Of a stretch of DNA of 64,000 nt, positions 1 through 10,096 are shown one piece after another; within the stretch, counting starts at the first letter, position 1, and the number at the start of each line of letters is the position of its first letter. Under the pieces are notes generated by a model. It had not been told where the DNA came from. It worked only from the letters and a program-made list of their open reading frames with translations, and made no database searches. Source of the stretch: a virus (taxonomy: Duplodnaviria > Caudoviricetes); IMG/VR virus record IMGVR_UViG_3300032007_000010; one strand, written 5' to 3'. A program made the translations under genes and the position numbers.

Positions 1-2
1 GG

Positions 3-260
3 AAAGACCAGGAGGGAAGCCGGCTGGTTATACATCTGGAACACACTGTATCTCTGCGTCCAGTTTTTACCAAGGAAGCCAATGCCGAATGCGAAGAACG
101 TATCAAGAGCATTGCCTACATCCTCAATATCGAGGGTGAAAACATGCGTGAAATGAGCAGAGATTTTAGTCTATGCTGCTACAATCTCACGGTTCCATTC
201 GGTGACATGCCTATCAGGCTGGCAGATGTCAATGCGACAAAACCAAAGTATTCCATATGA
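3..260 (+). CDS. 3' end of a hypothetical protein (partial, runs off window)
   Basis: Open frame from position 3 to TGA at 258-260, followed by a terminator-like hairpin. Confidence 0.55.
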   Translation, partial: KDQEGSRLVIHLEHTVSLRPVFTKEANAECEERIKSIAYILNIEGENMREMSRDFSLCCYNLTVPFGDMPIRLADVNATKPKYSI

Positions 261-268
261 TACACATC

Positions 269-298
269 AATCCCCTCCCGATCCTGGGAGGGGATTTT
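269..298 (+). terminator. Intrinsic terminator, CCCCTCCC/GGGAGGGG family copy 1
   Basis: aatcccctccc-gatcct-gggaggggatt followed by T-rich tail. Confidence 0.75.
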
Positions 299-316
299 CA
301 TTTCACATTTCACGAC

Positions 317-331
317 GACATTTTTATAATG
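317..331 (+). promoter_or_regulatory. Putative late-type phage promoter RACA-N4-TATAA
   Basis: GACAtttttaTAATG upstream of RBS and ATG 358; the same motif precedes about 12 transcription units. Confidence 0.6.
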
Positions 332-357
332 TGAAATGAAAAGAGGAGCTTTCCTTC

Positions 358-3300
358 ATGCCTAACATCTGGGTATCCACGGATCTTCATCTGTGGAATA
401 ATTACACCAAAAAACATTCGCGTCCCTTCCGCAGCGAACGTGAGTTCAAGGAATTGAGGGATGCCTACGCCGAGATCGGAGAATCCGACATTTGGATTTT
501 CCTCGGAGATCTATGTGACGAACCAACATCACACCGAGAGGAGCTCGGTGACTTCATCCGCAGCATCAACGGTCATCGCATACTCGTCAAGGGGAACCAT
601 GATGTGCAGACTGATGAGTTCTATCACAGCATCGGCTTCGAATATGTCTGTGATATCTGCGAATATCACGACCTGGTGTTCTCGCACCAGCGTCTCAGGG
701 TCAGCCCGAACTACATCAATATCCATGGTGATGATCATCTTGAAAAGCACAGACTAAACGATGGATGCCACATCAACGTCTATGCCGATGATCTCGTCGG
801 CAAACCGATCATGCTCGATGAGCTCCTCGATCTGAGCGGTGCGATCTCCCAGGATCTCGATGCCAAGGATCATCAGATGACCAACACCAAGGGCTGGTCA
901 TACCCGGATCCCTCGGTGTTGAACCGAGAGGATGGGAAACCGATCGTCCTCGATCTCTGTCTCCTCATCAAACCGTATCCGATGGATGAATCCGTCGATG
1001 AGTGCGATTCCGAGGACGACTACGAGGATCGAATCCTCGACGAGATCCTCTTCCAGGATGTGGAACAGACCAAAGATTTCGAAACCGACGATCACAAAGA
1101 TGAAAAGAAGCCTCATCGGATCCATGGCAAGAATGATGTGGTGGCCGAACGTCCAACCTCCATGGATGATGGTGAGGTGTGTGTTGACGAATCCATCGAT
1201 GGTCTTGCTGACATCTTCAACGAGGCCTTTGGTCACCTCACACAGTATTACCGCGTTGCTCCCGGCAACATGGATGGCGAGACGGTTCACCCGTCCATTC
1301 CTCAAAACTACTTCACCAAGCACGGCTACGAAGACAATGAGACTCCGAGGATATGCTTTTCGACTTCGATCGGCGGATGCCTCACGGCTCTTTCGCGCAA
1401 TCTCACCGACGAGATTCTCTATGTGCATGTGCCAGAGGAACTTCCTCCAGGATGTACCATATATCACCCCACCACGGCACAGGTTCCAGATTGCAAGCTC
1501 ACCGGTGAGGTCTGGCTTGACAAACCGTGCAAACTCTCGTGCATCGGCAAGATCAAGTGTCATCCGACCAGAGGAGTCGGCAAGAAGTTTAGATACGGTG
1601 ATGGTCGAATCGCAACGCTCTACAGCTGGATGTTCGAGTGGCTCGAGCGCTATGACCAGAAGAAGGAAAAGAAGCCGACCAACGAATCGGTCGAACTCAT
1701 CGACGAGGCGGCAAGAACTCGCAGTCTCTGGCGCGATAAGCTCTTCGGCGGAAGGTTGTTTGGCCGTCTGGCTTCGAATCTCTTCGTCAAGGTGACAATC
1801 GAAGATGGACACATCGAGATCCGTGGCATCAACTGCAACCTCTTGCTCCAGCGCATCAAGGAGAAATATGCCGAGGGCAAACTCCGCTACATCTTTGAGT
1901 GCAAATACAACGAGAAATCGTGGAAGGCATTCCAGGCAAAGAAAATCTCTCGTGGGCAAATGAAGATAGACTACGTCTATGCGCCGGAATTTTTCTGTCT
2001 AGAGTTTGTCACGTTGTTTAGAGAGCTTGGCGAAGCCTACGGTGATCGTTCCTATCTGCACATCGCCGAACTCATCTATGAAAATAGCTGGCTTTCGCAC
2101 GCGGATGAGATACGGGTCGACGATCTCAATCTCGAACCGCTCGGTTCCATTCGTCTTGAGCTTCTCGATCATCAGGTCGAGTTCATCCGCCAGTGGAATC
2201 AACTCAAGGCGCAGCTCAACCTCAATGGATATGTGCTCGCTTTCCAACCGGGCAAGGGAAAGACTCTCACCGCGGTTGGGCTGGCCCAGTGTCTGCACGC
2301 AAAACGCATCTACATCGTTTGCCCGAACAACCTCAAGGATAACTGGGCCCTCGAGCTAAGAAAATATTTTCAACGATACCAAAATATGAGAACTTGGATG
2401 GACGAGGTTTGTATTCTCGGCACGCCCAACGCCAAGCCCGAGACCGCGCGCTGGATCATCACGAACAATGAAAATATCAAGCTCATGCAGGCCGTTGCAG
2501 AGAATGATCCCGATGCGATGCTGATTCTCGACGAGTCTCACAATTTCCGCAACTACACCGGTGGTCGTGCGCAGGAGCTCTTCAAGCTCGCCGACACGAT
2601 CGGTTCGCACAACGTGCTCTGCATCTCTGCCACACCGATCAAAGCCGCACCGGCCGAAATTACTCCGGTGTTGAGGCTCATTGACCCCACCTTCACGGAC
2701 GAGGCGGCTTCCATGTACAGTCGCTGTTTCAGTCTCAACGAGACCGAGGCCATGAGCCTTGTGGCCACACGCTTTGGTAAGGTCATATACAGACCGCTCG
2801 ATGTCAATGTCCAACTTCCACCCAAGAATGAGCATGTGCTCGAGTTCTCGGCCGCACAGGAATCTCGCTACTACCTCAGCACCGTGCACGACGAGATCAT
2901 TGCCGATTTCAAGACTCGCCACGGCCAATGGGTCAAAGAATCCCGTGATGATATGGAATGGTTCCAGCAGACCGTGAGAACCTATTCTGATACCGATCGT
3001 CGCACCACAAATGGATATCTCGGATGGGTTATCTGGAGCTCCAATTCGCTGCGCAACGGTGGTGGAGAGGATTACCATGAACTCACGGTGGAGGAATACA
3101 TGCACTTCCTCGAGGACCATGTGCTCAACAACAAATGGTGCATCGGTGAGGATCGCAATCGGCTCATTGAACTGGAGCTCACCTTCCGCAAGGCGGCCAA
3201 GGTCTCCATGGGCAAGGCCATCGGGTCTATCCTTCCTCCGCGTCGCAACGAACTCTACACAAAACTCTTTCGTGAAAACACCGACCAGATTGCCGAGATG

Positions 3301-6300
3301 ATCCGAAATCGCACCAAGAAGACCATCATTTTCTCTACGATGGTGCCGGTTGTCAATGTCATCGCCGCCGGTCTCAATGGACTCGGTATCGGAACCGTGA
3401 AGATCACCGGCGAAACCAAGGACAGACTCTCCACACTCACCAAATTCAAGGAAGATCCTAGCACGCTGGTCATGGTGGCCACCTCCCAGTCACTCGGAGT
3501 GGGTGTTACTCTCACCGAAGCATCTCAGCTCTTCTACTTCGGTACACCCTGGAGATCCACCGACTATGAGCAGGCCTCCGATCGCATCTGGCGCATCGGC
3601 CAGACCGACCCAGTGGATATCTACACGGTGAAGATGAAATCCAAGGAGAAGAACCTCTCCGACCGCATGCAGGATATCCTCGACTGGTCTGCGCGCATGT
3701 TCGGCGTTGCCGTGGATGGTCAGGAACAACAGGAGCTCGTCGAGGCCGTGAACTATGTGCGCTACGTGGATCCCCATGTATGGGAACCCACCGAGGAATA
3801 TCTGGTCGAGAGCATGGTGAAGAGTGTTCCGGACATCTACTACAACAAGGAAGCCTTCGACAAGGGTGAGATCAATCTATGCTTCATCACCGGGCATTCG
3901 GGATCTGGCAAGTCCACCATGGGGAAATCCATGGAATCGAATGATAAGTCCAAGAAAACAGACTGGATCAACATGGATGATTGTCAGGTGGTGGCCGAGA
4001 AGTTCACCATGGACAACCTCAGAGAGTATTCGGGCCTTATCTACAGCTTCTTCGCCGGTCCTGGCAAGGACTTCTACATCAATAACTCCGACGAGCAGTA
4101 TGCCGAACTCTGTCGAAAGCAGCACATCGGAAACGAGGAGGGCGCCTACGAGAAAGCTCTGTTCACCAGATTTGTGGACTACGCGATCACCTATGCCAAC
4201 TCACACAAAGATCAACGATTCGTGCTCGAGGGAATCTGGATGTTTCTCTTCATCGAACCCGGAAAGCTCAAAGACTATGCGGTCTACATCAAGGGGACAT
4301 CCGCTCTGCTATCCAAGTGGAGAGCGGATCGACGTGACATTGCCAATGATGTTAGAAGCGAGAAGGGTGCGGTGAACAAGGTCAAGCGCCTGGCCAAGGA
4401 TATTGTCATGGCCAATCGTCGCAGCAGCTATCTCAGCTACAAGGATTTCGACAAGAAAATCACCGCCTGGCAGAATTACTATGGTCCTCTGGCAACGAAG
4501 CAACTGAACGAAGAAACCATAGAGATTCCGGCCGACACACCGGTGCATATTCTTGACATGAACGACTTCCATCGCATTGCTCGCGATTATGACGCCAGAG
4601 TGCGCCCCATCATCCAGGGTGATCCGATCATCAATGAGAGTACCAACAATGATGTGCGAGACATCAAGACCATCATCTCTAATCTCTCCAAGGAAGAGTC
4701 TGATCATGTCGGAGGCGGTTATTGGGTTGAATCGGATCATGTTATCTATCGCAAGATCGAACGGATCGATTCTAGCCCGGTAGCATTCATCGATGTGTAT
4801 TTGCTTCCGAAGTTCCCGAGAAAGGGGCTCGTGGTACTAGCGGTATCCAAGGATGCTCGCGGCAAGGGAATCGGGAAGAAACTGGTTGCTGGAGCCATCT
4901 CAGCGCTGAAATCCAGCAAAGATATCGATGCCCTGCGCTGGCTCGCGGATAACGACAATGAGGTCAGTCTAAAGATGGCGGTGGCCTGTGGTTTTGTCAA
5001 GACGAAGGTGATGAAGAGCGAGACTGAATTCATATATCAGCTCCACGAACCGATGTCTGAAGATGCGGCGGATCTTAGGGGTTATACTCGTGAGGAACAG
5101 GAGGACTACGCCAAGAAACATGGTATCAAATCCCCTGGTCATGATGTGGAGGCCGACAAGAAGATCAAGGAGTATGAGGATCCGGAGGATAAGCAGCGCA
5201 AACGTTATCAGCAGCAGCTTGACAGTCTCAAGAAGGCACGCAGGGTGAAGAAACACAAGCGTCGCGTGCGCAAGGTCAAGGAATTTTTCGGAATCGGATC
5301 GAAGGACCAGAAGAATACGTCACAGACCCAGAACAAGAATGAGGATGTGACCATGACTGTTCCGGGCAATCGAGGCGAGAACAATTACTTCGACAAGGCT
5401 CTCGCCAACGAGGCGGCGGTTGCATTGCCGGTCAATATCAAGTTCTCGACAAAGCCAGCCACAGATACCACACTCACGTATGGTTTCGTGCTGCTCACCA
5501 GAGAATATATTGGTTATTCCTCGACTTGTCAGCTCAGCAACGGATTTATTATTTCGGCCAAGGATGGAAGCGTTGCACGCCAACTCTACGATATTCGTCC
5601 GGACGGAAATAAGTGGTTTACCATCCACATGGTCCTTCTCACCACCGATGAACTTCGGTGTCTTCGTGATCGTCTCGAGGATTGTCTGTCCCAGAAGGTA
5701 AAACTATCCATCAATGAGAAACTCCTTGATAACGCCGTGGACGAAACCGATGACGATGGCATAGACTTTGTCAAGGGATTCATTGGAGCACTCATCGGTG
5801 CTAACTGTGAAGCCATCCCGGTGTTCGGAGGTCGTGGAAATACGACTAACGTATACTCACCCTTGCACATGTCATCCAGAGCCATTCTGAGACTTGCACG
5901 TCTCGCCAGGAGCAGTATGGAGGCCCGTGAGAACGGAAATTGCATGAATGCGGCCCTGAATCCCTTTGATCTATATCAGGATGACACGCTTTTATACAAA
6001 GCAAGGGTCTGTTCTGATGACGAGTGGGATCGCTACACTGAGAACATCGTGAGCCTAAAACTTCGTTTCCGCAATGGTCGCACCGTCGTCACACGTCACG
6101 AGTACCTGGTGCTGTTTAGGCGCAACGCACTCCTCCGCACCTGCTGCGATAGAGCCCTCGATGCTGAGGATCTCGCAAGGATTCGCGATGCGGTGGAGCA
6201 CTATGGATATTTCACCAACGTGCTCAATCTCTACTTCAGCCCAAACTTTGGTGGAATCCCACAGTTCGAGGATAACATCGTTGCCGCAGACATGGCCAAA

Positions 6301-6459
6301 CTCGTGGTGACGGCCAACGAAGCATTTGCCGGCTACCATCGCAAGCTCGTGGAGCGCGGCGAAACGATCAAAGAACACGGTGATGATCCGTGGATTCTGC
6401 GCTCCAAGAACCTCGTCCAACCATCGGGTGAACTCACACTGCTCGATGTTGTGCTCTGA
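358..6459 (+). CDS. Large multidomain polyprotein: calcineurin-like metallophosphoesterase, possible ADP-ribosyltransferase-like domain, SNF2-family helicase, P-loop kinase, GNAT acetyltransferase
   Basis: DLH/GD/GNHD/SH/HG phosphoesterase motifs; PGKGKT, ILDESH, SAT and QASDRIWRIGQ helicase motifs; GHSGSGKST; LAVSKDARGKGIG GNAT motif A; gaggag RBS. Confidence 0.85.
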   Translation: MPNIWVSTDLHLWNNYTKKHSRPFRSEREFKELRDAYAEIGESDIWIFLGDLCDEPTSHREELGDFIRSINGHRILVKGNHDVQTDEFYHSIGFEYVCDICEYHDLVFSHQRLRVSPNYINIHGDDHLEKHRLNDGCHINVYADDLVGKPIMLDELLDLSGAISQDLDAKDHQMTNTKGWSYPDPSVLNREDGKPIVLDLCLLIKPYPMDESVDECDSEDDYEDRILDEILFQDVEQTKDFETDDHKDEKKPHRIHGKNDVVAERPTSMDDGEVCVDESIDGLADIFNEAFGHLTQYYRVAPGNMDGETVHPSIPQNYFTKHGYEDNETPRICFSTSIGGCLTALSRNLTDEILYVHVPEELPPGCTIYHPTTAQVPDCKLTGEVWLDKPCKLSCIGKIKCHPTRGVGKKFRYGDGRIATLYSWMFEWLERYDQKKEKKPTNESVELIDEAARTRSLWRDKLFGGRLFGRLASNLFVKVTIEDGHIEIRGINCNLLLQRIKEKYAEGKLRYIFECKYNEKSWKAFQAKKISRGQMKIDYVYAPEFFCLEFVTLFRELGEAYGDRSYLHIAELIYENSWLSHADEIRVDDLNLEPLGSIRLELLDHQVEFIRQWNQLKAQLNLNGYVLAFQPGKGKTLTAVGLAQCLHAKRIYIVCPNNLKDNWALELRKYFQRYQNMRTWMDEVCILGTPNAKPETARWIITNNENIKLMQAVAENDPDAMLILDESHNFRNYTGGRAQELFKLADTIGSHNVLCISATPIKAAPAEITPVLRLIDPTFTDEAASMYSRCFSLNETEAMSLVATRFGKVIYRPLDVNVQLPPKNEHVLEFSAAQESRYYLSTVHDEIIADFKTRHGQWVKESRDDMEWFQQTVRTYSDTDRRTTNGYLGWVIWSSNSLRNGGGEDYHELTVEEYMHFLEDHVLNNKWCIGEDRNRLIELELTFRKAAKVSMGKAIGSILPPRRNELYTKLFRENTDQIAEMIRNRTKKTIIFSTMVPVVNVIAAGLNGLGIGTVKITGETKDRLSTLTKFKEDPSTLVMVATSQSLGVGVTLTEASQLFYFGTPWRSTDYEQASDRIWRIGQTDPVDIYTVKMKSKEKNLSDRMQDILDWSARMFGVAVDGQEQQELVEAVNYVRYVDPHVWEPTEEYLVESMVKSVPDIYYNKEAFDKGEINLCFITGHSGSGKSTMGKSMESNDKSKKTDWINMDDCQVVAEKFTMDNLREYSGLIYSFFAGPGKDFYINNSDEQYAELCRKQHIGNEEGAYEKALFTRFVDYAITYANSHKDQRFVLEGIWMFLFIEPGKLKDYAVYIKGTSALLSKWRADRRDIANDVRSEKGAVNKVKRLAKDIVMANRRSSYLSYKDFDKKITAWQNYYGPLATKQLNEETIEIPADTPVHILDMNDFHRIARDYDARVRPIIQGDPIINESTNNDVRDIKTIISNLSKEESDHVGGGYWVESDHVIYRKIERIDSSPVAFIDVYLLPKFPRKGLVVLAVSKDARGKGIGKKLVAGAISALKSSKDIDALRWLADNDNEVSLKMAVACGFVKTKVMKSETEFIYQLHEPMSEDAADLRGYTREEQEDYAKKHGIKSPGHDVEADKKIKEYEDPEDKQRKRYQQQLDSLKKARRVKKHKRRVRKVKEFFGIGSKDQKNTSQTQNKNEDVTMTVPGNRGENNYFDKALANEAAVALPVNIKFSTKPATDTTLTYGFVLLTREYIGYSSTCQLSNGFIISAKDGSVARQLYDIRPDGNKWFTIHMVLLTTDELRCLRDRLEDCLSQKVKLSINEKLLDNAVDETDDDGIDFVKGFIGALIGANCEAIPVFGGRGNTTNVYSPLHMSSRAILRLARLARSSMEARENGNCMNAALNPFDLYQDDTLLYKARVCSDDEWDRYTENIVSLKLRFRNGRTVVTRHEYLVLFRRNALLRTCCDRALDAEDLARIRDAVEHYGYFTNVLNLYFSPNFGGIPQFEDNIVAADMAKLVVTANEAFAGYHRKLVERGETIKEHGDDPWILRSKNLVQPSGELTLLDVVL

Positions 6460-6544
6460 TACCTACCTACTCTCCTTTCAAAGGCACCCGGGGCCCCTTG
6501 TGGTTCCGGGTGTCACCTTTTCCTGACACATAATTCGAAACGGA

Positions 6545-6556
6545 CTATATATTATA
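6545..6556 (+). promoter_or_regulatory. Putative early-type promoter TATATAWTATA
   Basis: ctatatattata ahead of a long run of small + strand genes; recurs at 17021, 17589, 20725, 22550 and 54379. Confidence 0.55.
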
Positions 6557-6626
6557 GCAATGAAACTCCGAAGGGAGATGGCCAGTCTCTTCGAGGTTAT
6601 CCAATAAACATAGGAGGAAACAAACA

Positions 6627-7508
6627 ATGAGCAACGAAAGCACGAACTTTGAGCAGAATCTCTGGGATAGGATTCTGAGCAAGGCGAGCACCGCACTGCT
6701 GGATAACGGCGATGTGGTGAAGCGCATCACCTTTGATCCCATGGGCACCGATCACACGCTTCAGCAGTTGATCACCGCCCACCTGCACCAGCTCATCGCG
6801 AAGAGCGACTATACGCTGGCCGAGCTCGGCTATCTGCACGCGAGCTCCGTATCCTTTGTGAAGGATCACATCGAAACCAAGATCTACTTTGTGCCGGAGC
6901 TGGCAACGCACAAGAAGCAGTCGAGCTTCCGCAGCACCTCTTCCGACCTGGTCCTGCATCCTGGTTTCAAGGAATTCCAGAACCATGTCTTTCTCGGTGA
7001 TCCCGATGCGGCGATCCGTGTTGGCGGAGCCGTGTTCATGGACATGGCGGTTCCCAAGTATCACATCGATACCGACGACGCCGGGCTCCCCGCCATCGTC
7101 ATCAAGGATGGTCACAAGCTCGACCAGGACGGTGAGACGCTGGCGGTCTATGGCAACATCGACATCATCCTCGCATCCTATCTGAACCTGAGTCTCTTTG
7201 ACCCGAACTTTGCGGTCAGCTATCAGACCATCGGCAACGGCGACAACCAGGACGCCGAACATCCGGCCATCATGATTTCCATGGGCGCCGAAAAGGAATT
7301 CCCGGTCAGGGTCACCGTCCAATGGAGCGCCGACAATGCGATTCCCTACGAGCCGGAGACGGCGGTTGCGTATCTCATCGAACGCGCCAAGAAGGAACAG
7401 ATCGCCGTCGAGTCACGCAAGGAGATCGCCTCCAAGGTCTCCAAGGAGGCCAAGGAGGCAACCAAGCGTCAGCGCAAGAACACCACATCCTGGACCAAGT
7501 TCCGCTGA
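6627..7508 (+). CDS. Hypothetical phage protein
   Basis: 293-aa ORF with aggagg RBS. Confidence 0.8.
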   Translation: MSNESTNFEQNLWDRILSKASTALLDNGDVVKRITFDPMGTDHTLQQLITAHLHQLIAKSDYTLAELGYLHASSVSFVKDHIETKIYFVPELATHKKQSSFRSTSSDLVLHPGFKEFQNHVFLGDPDAAIRVGGAVFMDMAVPKYHIDTDDAGLPAIVIKDGHKLDQDGETLAVYGNIDIILASYLNLSLFDPNFAVSYQTIGNGDNQDAEHPAIMISMGAEKEFPVRVTVQWSADNAIPYEPETAVAYLIERAKKEQIAVESRKEIASKVSKEAKEATKRQRKNTTSWTKFR

Positions 7509-7509
7509 G

Positions 7510-7752
7510 ATGGAAGTGCGCAAGAATCTTCGAATCATCTTCGATTCGACCTCGTCGATGGAGGATTACATCGATGCCTGCAATGCGGATCATGAGCTCA
7601 GAGAGCTGATGAACAACGAGGAGCCGAGCGAGCTGTTCTATGGTAATCCGTTGCATCGTGAGATTGTGATCCATGATGTCACACTTTATCAGACCGACAA
7701 GCTCCTGGACATCTCTCGCGAACATGGCAAGCTCGATTTTGAAATCTACTGA
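7510..7752 (+). CDS. Hypothetical protein
   Basis: MEVRKNL... ORF directly after the upstream stop. Confidence 0.65.
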   Translation: MEVRKNLRIIFDSTSSMEDYIDACNADHELRELMNNEEPSELFYGNPLHREIVIHDVTLYQTDKLLDISREHGKLDFEIY

Positions 7753-7769
7753 GGAAGGAAGATAATCCA

Positions 7770-7997
7770 ATGGCACAGGTAAATCGCAGTAGCAACTGCT
7801 ATGTGGAGATTCCCGAACATCTGCTCGATGGTCCCAAATCCAAGCCCGAGGCAAAGATGCAGATGTCGGTGAATCTCGTCGTCCCAAAGTGGATGGACGA
7901 CAAGAAAACCAACAAGTTCATCAGCGAACTCATGGAGGATGCGGCCAAGGAGTTCAAGAAGTACATCAAGAAACGCATCGAAAAAGAGGAGGATTGA
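7770..7997 (+). CDS. Hypothetical protein
   Basis: 75-aa ORF with RBS, in operon. Confidence 0.7.
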   Translation: MAQVNRSSNCYVEIPEHLLDGPKSKPEAKMQMSVNLVVPKWMDDKKTNKFISELMEDAAKEFKKYIKKRIEKEED

Positions 7998-8000
7998 ACC

Positions 8001-8210
8001 ATGAACGGTAATAGAACCACGGTGGCCGATCTCATGCACACGCTGGAGCAGGTCGCCGACAAGTATGGCGATGAAACCGAGGTGCTGATCTCGGTCAAGC
8101 CCGGGCTCGACGAAGGTCATATGACGTTCAGGACCCACATGGTCGGTGAGAACAAGGTCCCGCAGCTGATCCTGAGTCCCAACATCCCCATCCCATCCAT
8201 GCCGACATGA
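8001..8210 (+). CDS. Small protein (MKxxEL..L....GD.V-like family)
   Basis: TVADLMHTLEQVADKYGDETEV; gaggagg RBS. Confidence 0.7.
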   Translation: MNGNRTTVADLMHTLEQVADKYGDETEVLISVKPGLDEGHMTFRTHMVGENKVPQLILSPNIPIPSMPT

Positions 8211-8285
8211 AAGGGGCATGAGTCATGTACACCGATTATCAATATCGTCCGCCCTACTGGCAGAATCCGAACTACATGATTCCCG

Positions 8286-8612
8286 ATGAAAGCGATCTCA
8301 ACCCGCCAGGATTCTCAGCCATCTTCAGGGCTGAGCTCGAAGCGAATGAGAAGAAAGCGAGGAACAGCCACGATGTCCTTTGATCCGAAACGTCGCAGAA
8401 ACCTCCGGGATCCGCTCACCGGAATACTGAGCGCAGAGCGTCTTGTGGATGAGCTGAGACGTCTTCCGGCCGACACGCCCATCAGCATCTGTGGGGCCAA
8501 CGAAGCATTCATCCACGTGGATGTTGATGATCACAACAATGTGATCGGCGCCACCCTTGATCACGACCCCCTCGACGATGCATATCCCGAGGGATCCTTC
8601 GACGAGGATTAA
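8286..8612 (+). CDS. Hypothetical protein (start uncertain)
   Basis: ORF in operon; an internal ATG start is plausible. Confidence 0.55.
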   Translation: MKAISTRQDSQPSSGLSSKRMRRKRGTATMSFDPKRRRNLRDPLTGILSAERLVDELRRLPADTPISICGANEAFIHVDVDDHNNVIGATLDHDPLDDAYPEGSFDED

Positions 8613-8615
8613 CCA

Positions 8616-8912
8616 ATGGGAAGGGAGGTCAAAACGATGGAGAATAATCTGACCCAATCGGACAGCAGCTTCGAGGAATTATTCCCATATGCCAATGAAG
8701 GCGACAAGATCCAATCCTACGGTCTGCTCTGCACCAAGCAAACCGTACCCTGTAGGGTCTGTGGTAAACCGACACGATTCGTCGAGTGGTGCACCGAATC
8801 CAGGCTCTGCGGAACTGAATGCTATCGGAAACATATGGACATGATCAACAAGATCTGCAACGATTCCGATGCGGAGGAAGATACTGATGGAACAGAACAA
8901 ATGTCTGAGTGA
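8616..8912 (+). CDS. Small Cys-rich (zinc-finger-like) protein
   Basis: CRVC...CGTEC motifs. Confidence 0.65.
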   Translation: MGREVKTMENNLTQSDSSFEELFPYANEGDKIQSYGLLCTKQTVPCRVCGKPTRFVEWCTESRLCGTECYRKHMDMINKICNDSDAEEDTDGTEQMSE

Positions 8913-9201
8913 TTACATCCGTGGGTATAAGGTCATCAGGACACTAAACATCAAGGCCGTATGCCCAAAATGTAATGTGGATATGGTAAAAGCCAAAACA
9001 AACATCGATGCAATGATACATGGCGGTGCACACTGCTATGTGTACGAGTGCCCAGGATGTGGTGATATCATCGAATCTGATGTTGCATTTCCGTTTCAGC
9101 GAATAGAGTTTGATGTCGGAAATCCAATCACCTTCAGCTCAGATGAAGTCGAGACATTCGGTATTCTCAAGAACGAGCATGATATTAAAAAGGAGAATTG
9201 A
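8887..9201 (+). CDS. Zinc-ribbon protein
   Basis: CPKC...CPGC; ggagg RBS upstream of ATG 8887. Confidence 0.65.
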   Translation: MEQNKCLSDYIRGYKVIRTLNIKAVCPKCNVDMVKAKTNIDAMIHGGAHCYVYECPGCGDIIESDVAFPFQRIEFDVGNPITFSSDEVETFGILKNEHDIKKEN

Positions 9202-9202
9202 C

Positions 9203-9715
9203 ATGAACAAAGAAGTGAATCCCATCCGCATCAGCAAGGACCTTGCCGAGAGCATCGTTCATCAGCTGAACGTTGCACTCAACGCGCAGTGCTTCGACGA
9301 GAAGCTCGGCACACATGACGATATCAAACTCTTTGGACACCAGAGCATTTCGTACGAGCGTCTCATCGACATGCTTGAGCTGCTCGAGCATCCGGAGCGC
9401 ACCGAAGAGCACCAGACCGTCGAGGTTGATCACGGTACTCAGCAGATTGTGATCTCACTCATGGATGCTCTCAACCTCAGCGACATGCTCAATCGATGCA
9501 CGATCATGTTCGGCTGGCTCATCGACGTTGACGATGCCGGGGCCCTCGAGGCTCTCCGTAGCCTCAACGAATCTATCGGTAGGTCGCTGGTAGGGTTCGG
9601 TGGATCCGAGGCATATCTCAGAGCAAATGCGCAGTGGGCAAGCTGGCGCGATGGGTGCAAAATCAAGGAGGGTCAAGTCAATGGCAAAGAAGGACAGGGA
9701 AGCTCCGAAGGCTGA
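9203..9715 (+). CDS. Hypothetical protein
   Basis: aaggag RBS before ATG 9203. Confidence 0.7.
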   Translation: MNKEVNPIRISKDLAESIVHQLNVALNAQCFDEKLGTHDDIKLFGHQSISYERLIDMLELLEHPERTEEHQTVEVDHGTQQIVISLMDALNLSDMLNRCTIMFGWLIDVDDAGALEALRSLNESIGRSLVGFGGSEAYLRANAQWASWRDGCKIKEGQVNGKEGQGSSEG

Positions 9716-10088
9716 CATCAAGCAAATTCACGGATACCTCAACGAACGTCACAACAAAGTTGTGGCAACCGTTGCCTGGGGTGATGGAGATCCGAAGCTC
9801 AACATCCGTGCCTGCTGGGAGGATGATGACGGCGAGCTCAAGCTCGGCAAGGGCGTCACGCTCACCGCGGAGGAGGTTGATGAGCTCACCGGAATCCTCG
9901 TATCCGCACGCAACACCGGCGAGATTCAGAAGGTGAACAAGGAAGGGCGCAAGGCCGTGAACTTCAACAAGATCTTCGCCGAGGGCCAGGAGGTCCTCGA
10001 CAAGAGGGCTGACGGTCACACCATGACCAAGGACGGTTTCGTGGTGCTCAAGAAGCGTCCCGGAGTGAAGCTTCCCTATGAACAGTGA
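9681..10088 (+). CDS. PC4/YdbC-like ssDNA-binding protein with C-terminal extension
   Basis: WGDGDPKLNIRACWE...KLGKGVTLTAEEVDEL resembles the PC4/YdbC signature; aaggagg RBS. Confidence 0.7.
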   Translation: MAKKDREAPKADIKQIHGYLNERHNKVVATVAWGDGDPKLNIRACWEDDDGELKLGKGVTLTAEEVDELTGILVSARNTGEIQKVNKEGRKAVNFNKIFAEGQEVLDKRADGHTMTKDGFVVLKKRPGVKLPYEQ

Positions 10089-10096
10089 GGTAGAAG

